Positions 49,945-56,810 of a stretch of DNA of 64,000 nt are shown one piece after another. The position numbers and the translations under genes are program-made. The DNA is from a virus, in IMG/VR virus record IMGVR_UViG_3300032296_002111, positions 3,880 through 67,879 of that record. One strand, given 5' to 3'. The notes below the pieces were generated by a model that worked only from the letters and a program-made list of their open reading frames with translations, searched no databases and was not told the origin of the DNA. Every line of letters begins with the position of its first letter. The first letter of the stretch is position 1.

Positions 49945-50236
49945 TTGTTTCGAAATTGTTGATGTGGTGGACGAACCGTTCTCTTTCCTTGGCATCAAGG
50001 TCGTAAATCTTCCACACGAGGCCAACAATAGCAGAATTGATGTCGTCCTCCGCCTGTGCTACTTCTTTACCGAGGCCCTTGTGTAAATAGCGCTCAAACT
50101 CCTCAGCGTGGTGCATGAGGCGATTGAAGTGCATCTTTGCTTCATTGTGGAGAACCTTGTCTCCGTTCTTTATCACCCATCCGGATTCGATTACGCCTCG
50201 GACGAAGCAGGTGAACTTGCTGAAATCGTTTTTCAT
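49907..50236 (-). CDS. Hypothetical protein
   Basis: Preceded by TATATTTG box (50245-50252, minus strand). Confidence 0.6.
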   Translation of the reverse strand: MKNDFSKFTCFVRGVIESGWVIKNGDKVLHNEAKMHFNRLMHHAEEFERYLHKGLGKEVAQAEDDINSAIVGLVWKIYDLDAKERERFVHHINNFETNEEDTNATQEAK

Positions 50237-50348
50237 AACAGGGGCAAATATATAATTATTTCACAATGCAAGAAAAATAAATAAAAAAAGGGATGATTAT
50301 AAACCACCCCCTTTCGATTTTACACCAAGTTCAAACCGAATAAAACTT

Positions 50349-50507
50349 TTATTTCTTCTTAGCCGTCTTGGCCGCAGCCTTGAACGCAGCAGCCGTAGGC
50401 GCTCCCTTCGTTCCGGGCTTTCTCATTTTCTCTCCACTTCCAGCAGCAATGCGCTTCCTTTTGGCATGGATGGCATCGTACAATCCTGGGTCTCCTGGCT
50501 TTTTCAT
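50349..50507 (-). CDS. 52-aa basic protein
   Basis: Hand-translated [32 protein letters not shown]...AAKTAKKK*. Confidence 0.65.
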   Translation of the reverse strand: MKKPGDPGLYDAIHAKRKRIAAGSGEKMRKPGTKGAPTAAAFKAAAKTAKKK

Positions 50508-50674
50508 TTCTTCTTCATTGTTTGTTTAGCCATAGGCTTGGCCGCTGGCTTGTTTGACTTTCCTGCTTTGTTGAGGGCGATTGCTACACTTTGCTTCATT
50601 GGAACCTTCTCCTTTCGCATTGTCTTAATATTCTCGCCTATCACCTTTTGCGAACTTCCAGATTTTAATGGCAT
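50504..50674 (-). CDS. 56-aa basic protein
   Basis: Hand-translated [36 protein letters not shown]..; ATGA overlap. Confidence 0.65.
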   Translation of the reverse strand: MPLKSGSSQKVIGENIKTMRKEKVPMKQSVAIALNKAGKSNKPAAKPMAKQTMKKK

Positions 50675-50713
50675 AACTTTAAAAGTTTAAAATGTTTGCG
50701 TAAATATAAACAA

Positions 50714-51094
50714 TTAGCCCCAAACCAAATCCTTTAGATTGGGGGGGCGATACCCTTCGGGTTTCATCACTTTGCCGTCCTCCCGAAGCAGGGGCTTCCC
50801 ATCAACGAGCTTGCTCATGTTACTTGCGTGTACCTCTGCGAATATCGCAGGCAGCTTGTGGGCAATCCCGAACTCCTGTGCCGTTCCGAACAGAATGTAC
50901 AGGCAGTCTGCTATGCCATCAGCCACTTCCACGAGGTCGCCCTTTATAGAAGCCTTCAGAAGCTCCGTTACTTCCTCTTGGAGTAATGTATGCCTGAACG
51001 TAGAACGTGACGCTGAGAGCGTTTTTGGTGCGTCATGCACGGGATGCCCGAAGGCGTTGTGGAAGTCCTCCACCATTTTGATTTCCTTTTCCAT
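50714..51094 (-). CDS. MazG/PRA-PH-like NTP pyrophosphohydrolase
   Basis: VEDFHNAF, LLQEEVTEL, EVADGIADCLY, EVHASNMSK, REDGKVMKP. Confidence 0.85.
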   Translation of the reverse strand: MEKEIKMVEDFHNAFGHPVHDAPKTLSASRSTFRHTLLQEEVTELLKASIKGDLVEVADGIADCLYILFGTAQEFGIAHKLPAIFAEVHASNMSKLVDGKPLLREDGKVMKPEGYRPPNLKDLVWG

Positions 51095-51095
51095 A

Positions 51096-51302
51096 TTATG
51101 CCAAAGATAAGTTGTGTTCTTCTAATTTCTCAATAAGCCATGTACGGACATAATCCGTATCAAACTCCTTGTCATCCCATCCCTTGTCATGGGTTCGGAG
51201 CATGGATTGGAGTTCAAAAATGATGTGCTTGTACTTCCATCCGTTGAGGGCATCCATATATGCCTCCTCATCATCAGGCGTGAATTTAAGTATCACTTCC
51301 AT
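51096..51302 (-). CDS. Hypothetical protein
   Basis: ORF track; operon packing. Confidence 0.6.
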   Translation of the reverse strand: MEVILKFTPDDEEAYMDALNGWKYKHIIFELQSMLRTHDKGWDDKEFDTDYVRTWLIEKLEEHNLSLA

Positions 51303-51332
51303 AATTATATGAGGACAAACTGTCCCAAGGTA

Positions 51333-51368
51333 ATATGATGCAATATTGCGTATATGGTGTAGTTAGCT
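51333..51368 (+). repeat. attI-like site 2
   Basis: 26 bp gcaatattgcgtatatggtgtagtta (51340-51365) identical to 47759-47784. Confidence 0.75.
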
Positions 51369-51575
51369 GCCATTGTTTGACAACTTACTCAATACCCATT
51401 TAGCACCTTTTTCAAATGCTAATATCTTATCAATGTTTTTACGCTGCTCATTTAAGTCTTTACCTTTGTAGGCATTTACTGCGGCAGTTTCAATATCCAT
51501 ATTAGATACAACGGCATCTAACAAGCGGTTAGCGTCATTGCCGTTTTCGTGGTTAATTAAAGTTTTATTTTCCAT
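51363..51575 (-). CDS. Cassette 5 hypothetical protein
   Basis: MENKTLINHENGNDANRLLDAV..AFEKGAKW; ATG at 51575 in attC loop; stop in G|TTA. Confidence 0.6.
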   Translation of the reverse strand: MENKTLINHENGNDANRLLDAVVSNMDIETAAVNAYKGKDLNEQRKNIDKILAFEKGAKWVLSKLSNNGS

Positions 51576-51649
51576 ATCAAATTTTGTTTTTAAGTTAAAG
51601 TTTTGTGTTCCAAAGTCGGCAACGAACGCCAACCGCCATACCGTTATAA
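51516..51649 (+). repeat. attC-like site 5
   Basis: atctAAC..gcggttagcgtcattgccg / cggcaacgaacgccaaccgc..GTTataa; acaacggcatctaac vs gttagctgccattgt at 51362 (13/15). Confidence 0.85.
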
Positions 51650-51991
51650 GCAATATTTTTCACGCATTACCCTCCTAATTACATCATCCTTGTTTATTAA
51701 CTGTAACCCCTTCAATGATGAACTTATTGGCTTCATCACTTTGTCTGCTGTATATATTGATGAAATTGGATTAGAAATTTTCCCACATCTACATTTTTCA
51801 ATCCTATAATCAACATATAATCTATCACATTCGGTATATCTTTCTGCATCTAAAAAAATTTCTTTAGATGGTTGTTCATAATATAAGCCAATAAGTTTCC
51901 ACCTGTGAATGTGAAAAAAACGGCTTATAACAAGGCATATATTCAATGCCGAGTTTCGTAGTTTAATCAACTTTTGTTCTTCGTTTTTCAT
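51644..51991 (-). CDS. Cassette 6 hypothetical protein (His/Cys motifs)
   Basis: HIHRWK...KCRCGK; start in attC loop; stop in G|TTA. Confidence 0.6.
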   Translation of the reverse strand: MKNEEQKLIKLRNSALNICLVISRFFHIHRWKLIGLYYEQPSKEIFLDAERYTECDRLYVDYRIEKCRCGKISNPISSIYTADKVMKPISSSLKGLQLINKDDVIRRVMREKYCL

Positions 51992-52057
51992 TTTATCTGT
52001 TTATTAATTTTTGTGTTTCAAATTCCGCACCTGACCACAATCCAAGTGCCGTTATGC
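51925..52057 (+). repeat. attC-like site 6 (degenerate arms)
   Basis: gcttataac complements gttataagc at 51643; ends ccGTTatgc; arm pairing poor. Confidence 0.65.
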
Positions 52058-52276
52058 ACCATAAGTCTTCTCATAATACTCCACACTCCTATCAAACCCT
52101 CTGAACGCAAGGTTCATGGCAATGTAGGCTGCATCGTGAGCCTCAATTATATGGTCTCGCTCCATTTCAAGTGCTTGTTGGAATAGTCCTTCAAACTGAA
52201 CCTTCTGCTCATGGGTTAGGTGAAGTCTTAATGCCTCTTGTAGCCAGATGACTGCCGTTTGGTTTTTATTCTCCAT
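52052..52276 (-). CDS. Hypothetical protein, KQTAVxWL family
   Basis: MENKNQTAVIWL..QQALEMERDHI..YYEKTYGA; probable ATG at 52276. Confidence 0.65.
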   Translation of the reverse strand: MENKNQTAVIWLQEALRLHLTHEQKVQFEGLFQQALEMERDHIIEAHDAAYIAMNLAFRGFDRSVEYYEKTYGA

Positions 52277-52511
52277 AGGTTTTCTGGAAATAAGTGTCAA
52301 AGTCATCCGGGATTCTATCATCAGCCGGAGGCATATAGCCTTGTTCAATCATCCTGATGTAGTGGCATCGTTTGAATCCTTCTATGTAGGCTGCCTTTAG
52401 TTGCTCCTGGTACATTTCCTTGGCCTTATTGTAGGCATTCCAGAAACTTGCTGGATAGGACTCCGCATGAAGGCTATTCATGAAGAAGTCAATTGCGCTA
52501 TTCTGTTTCAT
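52266..52511 (-). CDS. Hypothetical protein, paralog of the adjacent gene
   Basis: MKQNSAI..KAKEMYQEQL..YFQKTYGE. Confidence 0.65.
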   Translation of the reverse strand: MKQNSAIDFFMNSLHAESYPASFWNAYNKAKEMYQEQLKAAYIEGFKRCHYIRMIEQGYMPPADDRIPDDFDTYFQKTYGE

Positions 52512-52555
52512 ATTTCTACGGATATTATTCTGATTTGCCGTTGATTAGTGCGTTA

Positions 52556-52592
52556 TATATCACGCAATATTGCGTAAATATGGTAGTTATAA
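52556..52592 (+). repeat. attI-like site 3
   Basis: tatatcacgcaatattgcgtaaatatggtaG|TTATAA; first 21 bp identical to site 1 with the same 30-nt distance to G|TT. Confidence 0.75.
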
Positions 52593-52598
52593 GCCATT

Positions 52599-52907
52599 TT
52601 ATGAAAACGATAACTCATCTTCGCAAATAGTTTGAATCATTGCAATTCTCATACCTGAACGTAAACCAAATTTCTCATCGTTGCAATCGACATCTTTAAT
52701 TTTAGCATAAACTTGTTTCCAAAATTCTATGTCTTTTTTCATTTCGTCAATAATCAAATCAACCAAATTGCAAAACATATCCCACGCTTGACCATCAAAT
52801 AAATCAAGGTTGTCTAAAACGAATTTTTGAAACTCATTTTTTGCTTCTTCGGAATTATATCTTTGATTTCCGAGTTGTATCATTTTTACTTTGTTATGCC
52901 ATTCCAT
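52599..52907 (-). CDS. Cassette 7 hypothetical protein
   Basis: AT-rich 102-aa ORF; start outside attC. Confidence 0.6.
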   Translation of the reverse strand: MEWHNKVKMIQLGNQRYNSEEAKNEFQKFVLDNLDLFDGQAWDMFCNLVDLIIDEMKKDIEFWKQVYAKIKDVDCNDEKFGLRSGMRIAMIQTICEDELSFS

Positions 52908-52954
52908 TTTTTTTTATAAATTAAATTGTTAAGCCAAACATGAATAAAAACAGC

Positions 52955-53050
52955 TTATAACAGTAGTTTGGCAAAATACCGCCACAAGCCTTTGTACTAA
53001 ATTTAAACATTCTGCAAGGCGGTACTTCGCCAAGCCACAAACCGTTAGAA
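52955..53050 (+). repeat. attC-like site 7
   Basis: ttatAAC..tttggcaaaataccgcc / ggcggtacttcgccaag..GTTagaa; aaaacagcttataac vs gttataagccatttt at 52586 (13/15). Confidence 0.85.
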
Positions 53051-53057
53051 AACATTG

Positions 53058-53261
53058 TTAATTAACCTCACCTATATCATATAGTTCCAAATGTGGAAAG
53101 TGTTTTTCAAAGTAAGGTTCTACTTCATCAACATCTTTTACCCATACAATAATCTTTCCTTCGTTTCCACTTTTGTTTTCAGTGAAATATACCTCAAAAC
53201 AACGTTTTCTAACAAAGTATAAACGTAATGTTTTCAGTTTTTCAATCAATCCTTTTATCAT
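53058..53261 (-). CDS. Cassette 8 hypothetical protein
   Basis: N-terminal TLRLYFVRKR is encoded by the attC arm. Confidence 0.6.
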   Translation of the reverse strand: MIKGLIEKLKTLRLYFVRKRCFEVYFTENKSGNEGKIIVWVKDVDEVEPYFEKHFPHLELYDIGEVN

Positions 53262-53326
53262 AATTTCAAGTTTTGTGTTTCAATTTAAGTTCAGTTAAAC
53301 ACTACGTTTATACTCAACCGTTATGC
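53207..53326 (+). repeat. attC-like site 8
   Basis: ttctAAC..agtataaacgtaatgttt / aaacactacgtttatact..GTTatgc (17/18); aacaacgttttctaac vs gttagaaaacattgtt at 53044 (15/16). Confidence 0.9.
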
Positions 53327-53641
53327 ATTCTTACCATTAATTAATGCATCCAGATTGCGAATGGAATCCTGCAAGTCTCTCCTTGCATCTTTAAGCACCT
53401 CCTCACGTTCCTCTCGTTCCTCAATCAGCATCTCAGCAAGGTCGCTAATGATGGCTGACAAGTCCGACCAATGGTCAAAGGTTGTAAGTTCGGACACAAG
53501 GTCTTCATTCTCTTTTAGGTCAATTCCTGGCATCATGGCCTTGAGAATCTCATCCCTTTCCTCCTCATACTTTTCGCTATTGGGCAGGATGATGAGGTCT
53601 CCACTTGCCCACTTCTCTAATTGTTCCTTAGTGTATTTCAT
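53321..53641 (-). CDS. Hypothetical acidic coiled-coil protein
   Basis: Backbone gene; stop coincides with the array-3 right core site. Confidence 0.6.
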   Translation of the reverse strand: MKYTKEQLEKWASGDLIILPNSEKYEEERDEILKAMMPGIDLKENEDLVSELTTFDHWSDLSAIISDLAEMLIEEREEREEVLKDARRDLQDSIRNLDALINGKNA

Positions 53642-53904
53642 AACTTCTCAATTTCTTGTTTTACTTCTTCCCAATAACTAATTAAAGCATCTACACCTAA
53701 CGCAATTGGTAATTTAATAATCTCATCTACTGCAATTAATGCACAGGCTTTTGCCAAGCCATTTCTATCCTTAAATTTGTTATAGCAATCATTATTCCAT
53801 TCACAATCTAATGGCATACCCATTTGATTGTAGAAAATCCTTAACAACTCTTCTGCTTTTTCTTCAGGATTCATAACTTCTCTATTGCTCTGTTTAAATA
53901 CCAC
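53638..53904 (-). CDS. Hypothetical protein (probable start MNPEEKA)
   Basis: AKACALIAVDEII..YWEEVKQEIEKL pattern. Confidence 0.65.
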   Translation of the reverse strand: MVFKQSNREVMNPEEKAEELLRIFYNQMGMPLDCEWNNDCYNKFKDRNGLAKACALIAVDEIIKLPIALGVDALISYWEEVKQEIEKL

Positions 53905-54155
53905 ACGGCCTTCTCAAGGTCTTGCTTCATTGCTCCCTTCTTGCCTGCCCGAAGGATGTACTTCAAAGCGTTACCGAGGCAGAAGTCTTTTCCCCATCCC
54001 TGAGCCTCAATTATCTTGATGGCCTCGTAAGCGTTGTCCTCTCCCCCATAATGTTCGGGGTGATTAACCATTTCGGAAGGCTTGCTCTTCCTCACCCATT
54101 CTCCTTCCCTTCCTCTGTCGTGAATGATGTTGTCGTTGTTAATAATCGAACCCAT
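53871..54155 (-). CDS. DUF3310 (SaV-like) protein
   Basis: MVNHPEHYG, FCLGNALKYILRAGKK, DLEKAVWYL. Confidence 0.85.
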   Translation of the reverse strand: MGSIINNDNIIHDRGREGEWVRKSKPSEMVNHPEHYGGEDNAYEAIKIIEAQGWGKDFCLGNALKYILRAGKKGAMKQDLEKAVWYLNRAIEKL

Positions 54156-54399
54156 AATCGTTACAAAATATTGGTGTTTGTTCTCCCATGTACGCTCCTA
54201 ATACGTTGTAGTCAAAGTATTCAATCGCCTCCTCCATTGTCATCTCGCTGTCCTTAACTAATATCTCAAGGCACTTTGTTGTGCTGTAAATAAGCCTGCC
54301 AGACATTTCGTCTATGCCTATAACGGCCTCATCAAATCCATCGGCCTTTAGGAAGGTGTCGTCCGGATTGTTCTCAAGTATTATTTCGAGGATGTTCAT
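54139..54399 (-). CDS. Conserved phage hypothetical protein
   Basis: LKADGFDEAVIG..EEAIEYFDYNVLGAYMGEQTPIF. Confidence 0.7.
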   Translation of the reverse strand: MNILEIILENNPDDTFLKADGFDEAVIGIDEMSGRLIYSTTKCLEILVKDSEMTMEEAIEYFDYNVLGAYMGEQTPIFCNDYGFDY

Positions 54400-54881
54400 T
54401 TTATTTGCAGGCTAACATTGTCCTTCAAGAACGCTCCCGGAACTTCCTCTCCGGCCTTCAGAGCATTACCAATAGCCGTCTTGCTTGCCTCCTTCTTAAC
54501 GACAAAGAAAGATTCGGGAAGTTCCGCCTCGTCCACTATTTCCACAGCCTGTGAACGCCTTGTGGACAACTTCATCAGGGGCGTTTCCCATTTCCCATTC
54601 TGTCCGTACAGCATAAGGGCATGGAGAAGCGTTTCCTTCAAGCGAGCAACGGAGTTCTCCTTTGTCTTCTTGATGGCCTGAATGCGCTTGATTTCAGAGG
54701 CAGCAGCTTCGATTTCTGATTCCCATTTGAGAATCAACTTTGCGTACCCATCGGCCTTGTGGCTGAAGTTCTCACGATTGATGGCAAGTTCCTCCATCAG
54801 CTCGTCTGTGGCCTCACCCCCTGCCTCCTCAATAATGGAGGCGAGGGCAAGGAACTCTTGTGTGATTTCCCAGAGTGTCAT
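54396..54881 (-). CDS. Siphovirus Gp157-like protein
   Basis: MTLWEI, EIKRIQAIKK, RRSQAVEI, KTAIGNALKAGEEVPGA. Confidence 0.85.
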   Translation of the reverse strand: MTLWEITQEFLALASIIEEAGGEATDELMEELAINRENFSHKADGYAKLILKWESEIEAAASEIKRIQAIKKTKENSVARLKETLLHALMLYGQNGKWETPLMKLSTRRSQAVEIVDEAELPESFFVVKKEASKTAIGNALKAGEEVPGAFLKDNVSLQIK

Positions 54882-54898
54882 TGTTTATATTTGTTTAG

Positions 54899-54995
54899 CA
54901 GTCGGGGCGAGAGTCGAACTCGCATTGCGCATGAAACATCTGAATGTGTAATACATTCATAGTTTCACGGTGCATTACCTTTATGCTACCCGACT
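54899..54995 (-). tRNA. tRNA-like RNA with elongated anticodon arm (no assignable isotype)
   Basis: Acceptor AGTCGGG/CCCGACT, D-arm GCAT-AAAGGTA-ATGC, T-arm GCGAG-TTCGACT-CTCGC; anticodon arm replaced by a long hairpin. Confidence 0.7.
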
Positions 54996-55048
54996 ATGTT
55001 CCGGTCTTTCCCGGATGTCATTTATTTTATATTTTAACTTATTGAATA

Positions 55049-55708
55049 TTAGAAGGGCAATAAGTCCGCTTCATTATCACCATCTAACGACATCGGGGAA
55101 ATGGCAGGAGCTGGAGCAGCCTTTGGTTTCGACATCATGGCCTTGTACTCATCAGAACCTTTTATCTTCTCCTGAAGGAACGCGGGCATTGATTCAAACT
55201 TAGCTTGGTCGAACTCATCAAGGCTGAACTCAAATGTAGGATTGATTTGCGGAGGGCAAGCCATTCCTTTCATCACAGGCGTAGCACTTGCGATTTCATC
55301 AAACACTTTAGAGGGGTCTTTACGTCCCTGCTTGTGAATGATGTTAAGCAAGCAAGGAACACCAAGCAACTTGGTTACGTCAAAGGCAGCAGCCTCCTCG
55401 TCTGTAAATGCTTTGCCTCTCCATCCCGTCAGGAATGCCCGAAGGTTGGCCTTCTCATTCATGGATAGCGTGAACTCCTTGCTGATTACACAAGGCTGCT
55501 CTCCCTTCTCCTGACTGAATACCTTCAGCTCTGTCGGGAGTTCAAATGTGATGCGTACCTTGTGAACCACTTTTTTCTGCCCCAGTATCTCCTCTTCACG
55601 AGTTCCGAGGTCAATCATCGAATAACAACGGGCTACATAAGTGCCTGCTGGGATGGGAGTGTAAGCGACACCATCGCCTCCACCCACGTTTTTAGCTATT
55701 ATTGCCAT
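55049..55708 (-). CDS. Putative single-stranded DNA-binding/replication protein
   Basis: PIPAGTYVARCYSMIDLGT, FTLSMNEKANLR, FDVTKLLGVPC, acidic tail ending DLLPF; TACATTTG box at 55752-55759. Confidence 0.6.
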   Translation of the reverse strand: MAIIAKNVGGGDGVAYTPIPAGTYVARCYSMIDLGTREEEILGQKKVVHKVRITFELPTELKVFSQEKGEQPCVISKEFTLSMNEKANLRAFLTGWRGKAFTDEEAAAFDVTKLLGVPCLLNIIHKQGRKDPSKVFDEIASATPVMKGMACPPQINPTFEFSLDEFDQAKFESMPAFLQEKIKGSDEYKAMMSKPKAAPAPAISPMSLDGDNEADLLPF

Positions 55709-56049
55709 AATCGTGTGAATAAATTGTTTAATTGTTTTGCTTTAGTGGGAGCAAATGTATATTCCCTTATTGAATATTCCAAATCTCCCTATAAAATATT
55801 GATACATAAATAGTTCTGTTGCGTTGCTGATGCTGACAATCACACGAAAAATGGCACGTGTTTGAAAGCATATTTCCAACTTTTCCGTTCATTTCAGAAT
55901 TGTCAAACGAACAAAAACGTAAATTCCGAAGGCCAAAAACACCCCTAAATTGTCAAAAAAGGCTTTTTCGTTTCTTGACCGGAAGGAGCGGAAGGCATTC
56001 ACGCCTGTCGTAAGCATGACGGCAGAGGTGAAAAGCAGGGCTGTCGTTG

Positions 56050-56232
56050 TCATTGCTGTCCGAATATTTGCATAGCAAGGAATAACATTGCTATGAATGA
56101 AAGGAACAAATAAGTGTAGCCGAGGCGAACATTGTCCACATTGTCCGGCCTGCTGAAGTTAACGTGGCTGCGCCAGATGCAGAAGAACATGGCGAGTACG
56201 TTCGAGACGAATAGTAGGATTTCTGTAATCAT
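56050..56232 (-). CDS. Small two-TM protein
   Basis: Two hydrophobic helices. Confidence 0.45.
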   Translation of the reverse strand: MITEILLFVSNVLAMFFCIWRSHVNFSRPDNVDNVRLGYTYLFLSFIAMLFLAMQIFGQQ

Positions 56233-56247
56233 TGGTAAATATAATTA

Positions 56248-56613
56248 TTATTCTTCTCCGTACTTATTGTTAAGCATATACTTGATGTGTTCACGCTCAT
56301 AGAAATGATTCTCTATTTGCCGTGCCTTCTCCATTGGCCTCTTCTCATCCTTCCCCTCCCATCTGTAATAGGAATCAAGCGTGGGGAAGGCTGCGTATGT
56401 ATGCCCGAAGGCGAGCATCCAAAACACTTCCAGTCCTTCGTTTGTGGAGTCATATCCACCATCAATGATAAGACCCATCCAATCGCTTTGTAACTCTCTA
56501 CAAGTGTCGAAGAACTGTTCTGCCGTAGGCAGGCCATCGGAAGGCTCAGGGGCGTCGTATAACGAGGGAATTTCACCCTCGTAGTATAGCGTCATTGTTT
56601 CTCTAAATGTCAT
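56248..56613 (-). CDS. Hypothetical protein
   Basis: ATGA-coupled early gene. Confidence 0.55.
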   Translation of the reverse strand: MTFRETMTLYYEGEIPSLYDAPEPSDGLPTAEQFFDTCRELQSDWMGLIIDGGYDSTNEGLEVFWMLAFGHTYAAFPTLDSYYRWEGKDEKRPMEKARQIENHFYEREHIKYMLNNKYGEE

Positions 56614-56810
56614 GTCCGTGATGCTCTAATGTATTCAAATGATTTGTTCAATAACTCTTTCGCCTCCTCCTTGCCAGAGCCTGGAAGGCGTTCATTGAGG
56701 GCGTACATATTCTGCACTCCTTCTATTCCCTGAAAAGGCAGGGAGCGTTCCTGACAGGCTTCCCGAAGCCGTGCCATGCGTGTTTCCAGTTTGCGTAAAT
56801 GAGGTGTCAT
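56610..56810 (-). CDS. Hypothetical protein
   Basis: ATGA-coupled. Confidence 0.5.
   Translation of the reverse strand: MTPHLRKLETRMARLREACQERSLPFQGIEGVQNMYALNERLPGSGKEEAKELLNKSFEYIRASRT

Larger units (their letters stand above)
51333..52057 (+). mobile_element. Integron-like cassette array 2 (2 cassettes; crossover G at 51362, 51643, 52051)
   Basis: attI-like site plus two attC-like sites. Confidence 0.8.
52556..53326 (+). mobile_element. Integron-like cassette array 3 (2 cassettes; crossover G at 52586, 53044, 53320)
   Basis: attI-like site plus two attC-like hairpins. Confidence 0.85.

Noticed and set aside
52051-52511. Genes 52052-52511 as additional cassettes
   Set aside because: No inverse core complementary to gttatgcacc and no hairpin were found; composition resembles the backbone.
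47751-53326. CRISPR array interpretation of the recurring repeats
   Set aside because: Repeats are 94-134 bp, divergent in sequence and separated by whole ORFs; no constant repeat-spacer period and no cas genes.
54899-54995. Ochre suppressor tRNA (TTA)
   Set aside because: The loop lacks U33 and purine 37, the arm is far too long, and TAA is a common stop codon here.
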